Source: Verrucomicrobiota bacterium (GTDB lineage Bacteria; Verrucomicrobiota; Verrucomicrobiia; Palsa-1439). From it: a stretch of DNA of 64,000 nucleotides. Positions 11,701-19,900 of the stretch are shown here, in pieces. Positions within the stretch are counted from its first letter, which is position 1, and each line of letters starts with the position of its first letter. A program made the position numbers and the translations under genes. The DNA is taken from the NCBI GenBank assembly GCA_037127585.1, contig JBAXYB010000001.1:9147-73146 (forward strand), read 5' to 3'. A model generated the notes under the pieces. That model did no database searches. It was not told the DNA's origin and saw only the letters and a list, made by a program, of their open reading frames with translations.

Positions 11701-14700
11701 GACGATCAGCACCACCAGTCCACTGTCAACTGGCACCGTGGCCTATGCCTACAGCCAGACCTTGGCGGCGACCGGCGGGGTCACGCCGTACACGTGGGGC
11801 ATCGTCTCCGGGAGTTTGCCGGCGGGCTTGGGATTTGTCACCGCGACCGGCGCCATCACCGGCACGCCGACCACGGTTGGGACCGCCAACTTCAATGTGA
11901 GGGTCGCGGACAGTGTTGGCGGTTCCGCGACGAACGCGTTTAGTTTGACCGTCGTGCCGACCCCGCCGCCGAGTATCACTACGACGAGTCCGCTGCCGAA
12001 TGGCACGGTCGGCTGGGCCTACAACCAGACCTTGGTGGTGGCCGGCGGCATCGCGCCGTACACATGGGGCATCATCTCCGGGAGTTTGCCGGCGGGTTTG
12101 GGATTGGTCACCGCGACCGGCGCCATCACCGGCACGCCGACCACGGTTGGGACCGCCAACTTCAATGTGAGGGTCGCGGACAGTGTTGGCGGTTCTGCGA
12201 CGAACGCGTTTAGTTTGACCGTCGTGCCAACCCCACCCCTGATGATCACCACCACCAGTCCGCTGCCCGACGGTGCTCCGAATGCGTCCTACAATCTGAC
12301 CTTGGCGGCGACCGGCGGGATCACGCCGTACACGTGGGGGATTGCCTCCGGGAGTTTGCCGGCCGGTTTAGGGTTGGTGCCCGGTACCGGCGCCATCACC
12401 GGCACGCCGACCACGGTTGGTAGCACCGCCTTCAATATCATGGTGACGGACAATGTGGGGACCGTCGCGACGAACGCGTTCAACCTGACGATCAATCTGC
12501 TGGAGTTCTACTGGACCAATACCCAGGCTCGCGCGGATTTCACCAACCAATTCAACGTCTGGCAGCCGGCCTTGCCTGGCCCGTCCGACGAAGTCAACTT
12601 CACGAACAACCTGACCTATACGGCAAATTTCACCAATAACGTCCAGGTCCAGAACTTGAGTGCCTACTTCAATGCGACCAGCGGCACGGTGACGCAACAG
12701 TTCGCGAGCGGCGCCGTCTGGACAGTGGCTCACAGTTACGTGCTGAGCCAGAACCCCGGTGCGGCGGCGACAGTCGTACTCGCTGGTGCGGGCACCGTCG
12801 CGGTGACCAACGGCGGTACCGCGCAACTGCTCGTCGGCCAGAGCGGGCGGGGCACGCTGACGTTGAACGGGGGCAACCTGATTGTGGACCAGTTGTTCAT
12901 GACCAACAACACGACCACGACGACCAACTCATTCCTCACCAGCACTAGCAGCGCCAACGTCACCATCAATAACGGCTCGACGTTCTACGTGAATAGCAAC
13001 ACGAAACTGAATATCAACGGCACGTGGCTGATGGCCGGGGGCCAGAATACCGTCAGCAACATGGTCACAGGGGCGACTCCATTCTATATTGGCGGCACGC
13101 TGGCGGTCACCGGTGCGAACACGGTGCTGAGCTACATCGGGCCTTTGGACAATTCGTCTACTCCCGGGGCTGGCGTCGGCGGGTTATTGGTGGTGAGTAA
13201 CCAGGCGCGGGCGTTCTTCACCGGGGGCGGGGGGAATTTCGCCATTGCGCCAAACGCGACGGTCACGGTGAATAATGCCTCCATGACGTTTTCCAATGAG
13301 ATCGTGAAGGTCGGATTCAACACTGGCAATGGGTTACCCGACTCTCGAGGCACCCTCATCGTCACCAATCAGGGGTATTTGATTGCGGTGAGTGGGATCG
13401 ACCTCGGGGGCAACAACAACGCTACTGTCAGCGGCAATCTGCTGCTTATCGCCGGCGGCGGGGTGGTTAGCAATTATGGCGCCCTCCGTGTCGCCGGACA
13501 AAACGCCAACCTCGAGGGGCTTAACTATGGTAACCACGTGGACATTACTTCGGGCGGCCAGATGATCAACACCAACACGGGCAACACCATTGGATACGTG
13601 AACTTCAGCACCGCAACCATCAGATCGAACAACTACCTGTGGGTGTCGGGGCAGACCTCGACAGGTTTATTCTACCGGGACCTGACCGTTGGAAGTGATG
13701 GCTACAATTTCGGCCAAAAAGGCACATCGATAGGGAACTACCTACAGCTGGACAACGGCGGCACCCTGATCGCCAGCAATCTGAGCGTGTCGGCGGGGCT
13801 AATCACCTCGAACAATTACATCCTCGTCAACGGCGGCAACCTGTACGTAACCAACGCGCTGGGCAACGGCCGTCTGATGATCGGAGACCCCGGCAATGGC
13901 TCGACCGTGGACGGCGCCGGTACGGGCTGGCTGGTGATCAGCAATGGCGGGTTGGTGACGGTGGACAAACTGATTGTGACCAACACTCTCAGCACGGTCA
14001 CCTTCACCGGCGGCACGCTGGCGCTGAACAAATCCATCTACCTCGGCAACGCGATCACGGCCGGGGGCACGGTCAAGGGCAACGGCTACATCACCGGGAT
14101 CACGAACATCACCGGCGCGCTCAGCCCCGGCTTCTCGGTCGGCGCGCTGACGTTCAGCAACGACCTGACCTTCGGCAGTAGCGCCGTAGCGCGCTACGAC
14201 CTCGGCACCAACCAAGATCTGACTGTCGTGACCGGCACCTTGAACCTTGGCGGCACGCTCGTCGTGACCGATGCCGGTGGTCTCACCACGGGCACCTACA
14301 CATTGGTCAGCTACGGCGCGCTCGGCAGCCTGACCATGACCAATGACAACCCGTTGCCCGGCGGTTTGAGCGGCGTGATTTCCAACGATGCCGCGAACAA
14401 CCGCGTCGTGCTCGTGGTGACCAGTGGGGCACCGCCTCCGCCAGCGGCCAACTTCACAGCGGCGCCGCTCAGCGGTGTTGAGCCGCTGACGGTGGTCTTT
14501 ACCGATGTATCGACCGGCGGGACGCCTACGAGTTGGGTGTGGGATTTTGGGAATGGCACGGCCAGTGCCTCGCATCCGACCAATACCTATTGGGCGGGCA
14601 CATATCCAGTCAGTTTGACGGTGAGCAACGCGGGTGGCAGCAGCACGACCAACAAACTCAACTACATTACCGTGATCACCGCGGCGCAATCCTGGCAGAA

Positions 14701-15091
14701 TTATTATGGCGTGGCACCGGACTCAGCCGATCCGTTGGGCAAGGGCATCAGCAACACCAATCAGTTCCTGGCCGGTTTTGATCCGACCCACCCGGCGGCC
14801 TATCCCCACATCATCAGCCTCGCTGTTGTGGCCGGTACCAACATGGACATCACCTATCTCGGCGCTAACGGCGACACGAGCTATGTCGGCGGCCCGATTT
14901 CACGCACCAACGTGCTGGAGATCAGCGTCGGTGGGGCGAATGGCAGTTACACAAACGCCTTCGTCAGTGCCGGAGTGACGAATATCCTGACTGGCGGGAC
15001 CGGTTTGGGTGTCATCACGAACATGCTGGATGTCGGCGGGGCGACGAATAAACCGTCCCGGTTCTATCGCGTCCGCGTGGTGACGCCCTAA
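8774..15091 (+). CDS. Giant secreted surface protein: TIGR03790-like N-terminal domain, Ig-like and He_PIG repeats, beta-helix region, PKD domain and a C-terminal RFYR tail
   Basis: GGGP..YLVVYD...VANYYQQVRHVP, GTINEPYA..KFP and GDPLLQPYA (TIGR03790-like); ATGGxTPYTW..SGSLPAGL repeats; PTSWVWDFGNG (PKD); ends SRFYRVRVVTP. The true start may be 8807 or 8816. Confidence 0.8.
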   Translation: MHSGSNLKKEGMITMSPNACFVLRMPLARAWRWLLMLGIALVVAKTPVWGGGGPCGYLVVYDPTDTNSIAVANYYQQVRHVPEANMVPYVFPNTGFSDRRIMSTDGSWAFISTLTSIVNQRGMTGHFNGIAMAGISPVCAGVSMHSILFASPNYASTNYLSLPGFYNGAFRPNGATTELRSDLVLTNTRSPYWSSGSYSGQYWAVSYVGYTGAGGNSPQDVFNLLQRSKAADGHGQGGTIYCPYSGDSVRYRIRGGTWSGVGSVVGEIAKDAIPVWNSNGIAYVQSAQPDAFWIQNGSMTNVSDNAGEIVGYSQVEWGNNNNTYLPGAFADHATSYAGQIDWWQTGNQGTCAQEIHKGLYGSAGTINEPYALAAKFPHPNLHTHFRNGASLAEAAWESIQYAAEIVFVGDPLLQPYATFPTVAVTSPAADGTTVSSNLVISANATVGAVTSPTTMIPTGVESNLDVAVDGHVVNIGQGGETIAVTRTNGGTGFILDTTTLADGWHELRVIAYNRNAVRTQGEATRTIFVNNHGQSVALSGPASVDYAGGTAGFTATPAGPGTVTNLTLQVNGRTLASLPVSGGTTNLPAAMFGYQGTTTVYAVSWLNNGQQVWSAPWSLNVAWTPNAPASVTLTSNRTATVKYFANTQTNTFSWANPPTATTTLTNNLIFNTNNLAAVLPTDYSTLPGYQVDTYYWAATTNLYEFALGDANNAYTHTLGNITMLVDGQPVGIIAGTTVPVRLATGAHTLTMRFAVLTNSFFGRVYVRDIAEQQVGGSTVSQLYAIVPQTCLFTATNATPPAITAGTASRLSTNQVSLSVTATTGNPGPLTYTWTKADGPVEGVVAFAQNGTAAAFTNTATFGMAGTYLLQVAVNDGTAVTFDQFSVKVTTNQPPSISSALSATGLVNLAFSYTITASNSPTRFDAVGLPSGLSVNTNNGVIAGIPVAAGTNNVTISATSDDGTDSKTLVLIINPAVTISTTSPLSTGTVAYAYSQTLAATGGVTPYTWGIVSGSLPAGLGFVTATGAITGTPTTVGTANFNVRVADSVGGSATNAFSLTVVPTPPPSITTTSPLPNGTVGWAYNQTLVVAGGIAPYTWGIISGSLPAGLGLVTATGAITGTPTTVGTANFNVRVADSVGGSATNAFSLTVVPTPPLMITTTSPLPDGAPNASYNLTLAATGGITPYTWGIASGSLPAGLGLVPGTGAITGTPTTVGSTAFNIMVTDNVGTVATNAFNLTINLLEFYWTNTQARADFTNQFNVWQPALPGPSDEVNFTNNLTYTANFTNNVQVQNLSAYFNATSGTVTQQFASGAVWTVAHSYVLSQNPGAAATVVLAGAGTVAVTNGGTAQLLVGQSGRGTLTLNGGNLIVDQLFMTNNTTTTTNSFLTSTSSANVTINNGSTFYVNSNTKLNINGTWLMAGGQNTVSNMVTGATPFYIGGTLAVTGANTVLSYIGPLDNSSTPGAGVGGLLVVSNQARAFFTGGGGNFAIAPNATVTVNNASMTFSNEIVKVGFNTGNGLPDSRGTLIVTNQGYLIAVSGIDLGGNNNATVSGNLLLIAGGGVVSNYGALRVAGQNANLEGLNYGNHVDITSGGQMINTNTGNTIGYVNFSTATIRSNNYLWVSGQTSTGLFYRDLTVGSDGYNFGQKGTSIGNYLQLDNGGTLIASNLSVSAGLITSNNYILVNGGNLYVTNALGNGRLMIGDPGNGSTVDGAGTGWLVISNGGLVTVDKLIVTNTLSTVTFTGGTLALNKSIYLGNAITAGGTVKGNGYITGITNITGALSPGFSVGALTFSNDLTFGSSAVARYDLGTNQDLTVVTGTLNLGGTLVVTDAGGLTTGTYTLVSYGALGSLTMTNDNPLPGGLSGVISNDAANNRVVLVVTSGAPPPPAANFTAAPLSGVEPLTVVFTDVSTGGTPTSWVWDFGNGTASASHPTNTYWAGTYPVSLTVSNAGGSSTTNKLNYITVITAAQSWQNYYGVAPDSADPLGKGISNTNQFLAGFDPTHPAAYPHIISLAVVAGTNMDITYLGANGDTSYVGGPISRTNVLEISVGGANGSYTNAFVSAGVTNILTGGTGLGVITNMLDVGGATNKPSRFYRVRVVTP
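11699..12500 (+). repeat. Three tandem 270-bp copies encoding He_PIG/Ig-like domains
   Basis: Equivalent sequence at 11761, 12031 and 12301; copies 1 and 2 are nearly identical over much of their length. Confidence 0.9.
12834..13858 (+). repeat. ~1 kb beta-helix cassette, copy A (copy B at 19708-20753)
   Basis: Direct comparison shows long identical tracts (e.g. ~13434-13586 = ~20338-20490) separated by short divergent patches. Confidence 0.92.
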
Positions 15092-15167
15092 TCATGGGAG
15101 AAATTCTCGACGCGCTAGCGAAGGCGGACCCCAAGATGCCGGTGATCCTCTGCCACATCACGCCGCG

Positions 15168-15446
15168 GTCAATGTTTTCGGCACGCTGAACGTTGACGGG
15201 GCAACCTTGGCGTTCAACGATCTCTCCGGCGGCAACCTCACGAACAGTGTGTATGTCTCCGGCCAGTATGCCGGGACCTTGGGCGGGCAGTTCGCAGTGA
15301 CGAACGGCCTCCCTGCCAACTACGCGTTCAACAGTGTCTACAACGACAACGAACTGGCGCTGGAACTGATTCCAGAACCTTCGGCGTTGGTGTTGGCCGC
15401 GGTCGGACTGTTCGGTGTGGCACTGCTGCGGCGTCGCCGACGGTAA
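15168..15446 (+). pseudogene. Orphan C-terminal fragment carrying a PEP-CTERM sorting signal
   Basis: ...ELIPEPSALVLAAVGLFGVALLRRRRR*; no signal peptide or convincing start; out of frame with the upstream giant gene. Confidence 0.75.
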
Positions 15447-15597
15447 GCGCGCGGTGAGAGATTGGCCGCGCACCCTCGGCCTTCACCAGTCGTGTCCGGT
15501 CGGAAACAGGGGTGTAAAGACTCGGGAGCCCCCCACAACTTTGCTTCATTAAACATTTGCTTGATTGATATCACTGAGTTAAAACACTGGTGACTTT

Positions 15598-16657
15598 ATG
15601 GCCACCCTGAAGGACATTGCGGGGGAGTTGAACGTTTCCACCGCCTTGGTTTCGAAGGTGCTCAATGACCGGATGGGCAATACCGGTGTCAGCGACCGGA
15701 CGCGCCGGGCGATCATGGCCAAGGCCCAGGAACTGGATTACCGGCCGCACCCCTTGGCCGTGGCTTTGAAGGCCGGCAAACGCGGCGCCATCGGCGTGTT
15801 CCTGCACCCCTTTGGCGAGCCCGGCGCCGGCCTGACGGAAGCGCTGTTGGCGGGGATCGCCGACAGGCTCAATCAGCACGATCAGCGGATGTGGCTGACC
15901 TTCTATCAAACCGACCGCCAGTTTCTCCACTTCTGCTCGCACACCGTGGGGCACTATGTCGATGGCTTGCTCGTGGCGGGCCCTGTCGCACCACACCCTT
16001 GCCGACCCGATTCGCCGCATCCAGAAGAGCGAGGTGCCGGTCGTCTCGGTCGTTTCCGGTCTGCTCAGCCAGCACATTCCAAACGTTTTCAGCGATGATC
16101 GACAGCAGACGTACCTGTCAACCAGTCACCTGATCGCCTGCGGTTGCCGGCGCATTGCCCATATCCTTCCCACCCAGAACGAGTACGTGGCGGATCAGCG
16201 CTTTGAGGGGTACCGTCTTGCCCTGCGCGAGCACGGGCTGAAGTTCGATCAGGCTCTGGTGCATCAGACGAGTGGATTTCACCGTCAAAGCGGCCTGGAC
16301 GCGGTGTGTAGCTGGATCCAACAAGGAGTCATGTTCGATGGTGTGGTGGCGCAGTCGGACCATCAGGCACTGGGCGTCCTCCAGGAATTGTTGCACCGCG
16401 ACATCAAAGTCCCGGACGCCGTGCGCGTGATCGGCGTGGACGATTCGCCGTTGTGCGATGCCAGTCCGGTGCCGCTGAGTTCGGTGTCCCAGGAAATGAC
16501 GGAGGTGGGCCGGCGAGCCGTGGATTTGTTGATGAAACAGATCGCCGGCGAGCCGGTCAAATCAGTTGTGGTGCCCCCGCGGTTGCATATTCGCACCTCC
16601 ACGGGAGCCGAGCAGCCGGTTAGACAACTCAGCACGGCTGTCGTGGCGGCTCAGTGA
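15598..16657 (+). pseudogene. LacI-family transcriptional regulator, frameshifted
   Basis: HTH ATLKDIAGELNVSTALVSKVLN; the C-terminal domain (RFEGYRLAL, VPDAVRVIGVDD, PLSSVSQ) is in another frame; one extra C at ~15981-15983. Confidence 0.85.
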
Positions 16658-16817
16658 GCCGCACGCTGCTTTTCATGCTCCGCCATACCATTCCGTTGTG
16701 CGGTACCCACCTCCCGCTTTCAGTCGTAGCTGCAAGTGATAATCCAACAGAGCGTTAAAGTTGGTCGTAAGAAATCTTGGACGCCTCGTTTATTTTCCCA
16801 TTTTTTATCTTTTCTTG

Positions 16818-16866
16818 TTGACGCGAGTCGGTCCAAGTCGTATTTTACTATTGTTCAAACGTTTGA
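16818..16866 (+). promoter_or_regulatory. Putative sigma70 promoter with a downstream LacI-type operator
   Basis: TTGACG (16818), 17 bp spacer, TATTTT (16841), then TCAAACGTTTGA (16855-16866), identical to the core at 7168. Confidence 0.6.
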
Positions 16867-16985
16867 TACTCCGAATTGATCGGAGATCGTGGTGAGGTTG
16901 AACAGCCTGAAGCAAAAGGAACATGGCGAGTGCGAAGCAAGACGATGTATCGCGCGAGAAAGATTCTAACTGGAGAGGTTCTATC

Positions 16986-19900
16986 ATGAACATGGCAATG
17001 CCGTTTTCTCGAGTTTTGAAACTCCTGACAGGGTTCAACGTTCTGGCCGCGCTCCTCCTCGCGCCGCCGGCGAATGTCTTCGCCGCCGACTCCATTTGGA
17101 CCAACACGACAGCCGGCGGCAACTTTGGCGACACGACCGCGATTTGGAGCAACGGCGTCCCGGGCGTCAATGACAACGCCATCTTCACCAACAATTTCGC
17201 CTACTCGGTCACCAACGTCGCCGGCGCAAGTTTCCTCAACGCCAACGCTTCCTTCAACGGCACCAGCGGCATCGTGACCGGCAAGTTCGGCACGGGAACA
17301 TGGACGCTGACCAATAGTTTCATCGTCGGCCAAAACGCGGGCAACACTGCCACGGTCGTCTGGGTCAACGGCACGTTGGCGGTGACCAATGGCGGTACCG
17401 CACAACTGATCGTCGGCGGAATTGGAAGCACCGGCTCCTCGTTTAATCTCTACGGCGGCACCGCCATCGTCAATAAGGTCACGATCAACAGCGGCGCCAC
17501 GCTCAACTTCAACGGCGGCACGCTCGGCGTCGGGGCCGGCGGCACCACCGTTTCCGGGACGGGCGCTGTCAGGATCGCCGCCAGTCAGACCGCGTTTGTG
17601 GACACGATGGGCAACAACGCCACCATCAACAGCGTCATCCAAGGCAGCAACGGCGGCCTGACCAAGTCCGGTACCGGCATGCTCGTGCTCGGGACCAACA
17701 ACACTTTCACCGGCAACCTCACCGTCAATGCCGGCACGGTCATGGTCATGGCCACCAACACGCCGTTGGCGAACCAGACTGTGAACCTCACCGGTGGTAG
17801 CAAATTCACATTCGGCCAAGTGACCACGAATTTTACGACGAGCTTTACATCAAGCACGACGTGGGTAGATCCGGCGGGTGTCAGCAGCGCGAATCTATTG
17901 GTGGTCGGTGGTGGTGGCGGCGGTGGTGGGAATCGCGGTGGCGGTGGTGGCGGTGGTGGCGTCACCAACCTCACCGTATCGTTAACCCCCGGCAACACCT
18001 ACACCATTACCGTTGGCACGGGTGGCGGAGGGGGCAGTGCTAACGTGGCGGGAACAAAAGGTGGAAACTCGGCTTTCTCCAATGCCGTATTGACAGCACT
18101 GGGCGGTGGTGGCGGTGGCAGTTTCGGTGCCGCTGCGACCTCTGGCGGTTCGGGTGGCGGTGGCGATAACAATTCGGCTCACTTTGCCGGCGGCACTGGA
18201 ACCCCAGGACAGGGGAATGCCGGCGGGACTGGGGTTGCTAATGATTCTGCCGGCGGCGGCGGCGCCGGTGGGGTGGGGTCGAATGGACAAACCGGTGTTA
18301 AAGGTGGGAATGGCGGCATCGGATTGTATTTTGCGGCTTTTTCAAGTTATGGCGCCTCGGGCTATTTCGGCGGTGGTGGTGGTGGCGGCTCCGGCAGTAG
18401 CGGGAATGGCGGCGGCGGCGTCGCCGGAACCGGCGGGTTGGGCGGTGGCGCCAATGGAACCACCGGGGATAACAACGCAGCCCCGACCGCGGCTCAGGCG
18501 AATACCGGCGGTGGCGGCGGCGGAGAAACAGGGGGTGGCAGCGGAACTGGCAGCGCCGGTGGGTCCGGCATCGTCCTCGTGCAGTGGGTGGGGCAGACGA
18601 CTGCGAACTATCTACTCACCAACGTCAATTTCTCGCTCCTGACCGGGGCGATCTTGGATTTCAGCGGGAACAACGTCAGCATCGCCTCGCTGGCGGGCGG
18701 CGACGCGAGTGGCATCGTCACCAACAGCTCCAGCACGCTGGCTTCGATCTTCACCATCACCAACGCGACGGGCAGCGCCACCTATGACGGCCAGATCACG
18801 GGCGGTGGGGCGATCAGCCTCGTCAAGGCCGGCGGCGGCACTGAGATTCTGACCGGCTCCAACACCTTCTCTGGCACCGTGACCGTCAACGGCGGGACGT
18901 TGATGCTGGGCAGTCTCTACTCCCTCGGCGTCAGCAACTCCGTCACCGTCAGCACCGGCGGCAGCATCGTTGCCACCAACGCCGGCACCTCCTACATTGT
19001 CGGCAACGGCGGGAGCAACGTGACGGTGCTGATCAGCGGCAGCGGCTCGCTCTGGACCAATGCCGGCGCCTTTGTAATCGGCAGTGGCGCGGCGACCGGC
19101 AACGTCGTCACCGTCAACGCCGGCACGCTGGCGGCGGGGGCCTTGATGATCGGCACCAACGGTGCGATGCGCAACAGCCTGCTGATCACCAACGGCGGCC
19201 AAGTCGTCGGCACGGTGGCCAGCACGCTCGGGTTTACGGCCAACAGCAACACGATCACGGTCGCCGGCAACGGGGCCCTCTGGAATTCCAGCGCGGCCGG
19301 GATCACGGTGGGCACCGGCGGTTCGACCGGCAACGTGCTAAACGTCAACAGCGGCGGCAGCGTCATCGCCAATGGCCTGACCATCAATGCCGGCGCCACC
19401 GATTGGAGCAATTTTGTCAATGTCGCCGCGGGCAGCCTGTTTGTTACTAACGCTGCCGGGTCGGCCTCGTTGATCGTCGGTGGGAACGGACTGGTGTTGG
19501 CCAACAACGGTCTGGTGGTGGTCTCGAGCAATCTGGTGATCGGCGCCACTGGACTCGGCACCTTTACCACCAGCGGCGGATCGATCGCGGGCGTGGCCGG
19601 CCAGAACCTGAGCGTGATTCTCGGCCAGACCACCACCGGCACCGGGGTGTTCACCGTCGCCAGCGGCAGCACCTACATCACCAACGGCGGCAACGCCAAG
19701 TTGATCATCGGCCAGAGCGGGCGGGGCACGCTGACGTTGAACGGCGGCAACCTGATTGTGGACCAGTTGTTCATGACCAACAACACGGCCACGACGACCA
19801 ACTCATTCCTCACCAGCACTAGCAGCGCCAACGTCACCATCCAGAACGGCTCGAGGTTCAACGTGAATCTGGCGCAACTGGCGATCAATGGCACGTGGCT

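Noticed and set aside
11699-12500. CRISPR array or non-coding repeat
   Set aside because: The units are 270-bp in-frame protein-domain repeats with no spacers; no cas genes are present
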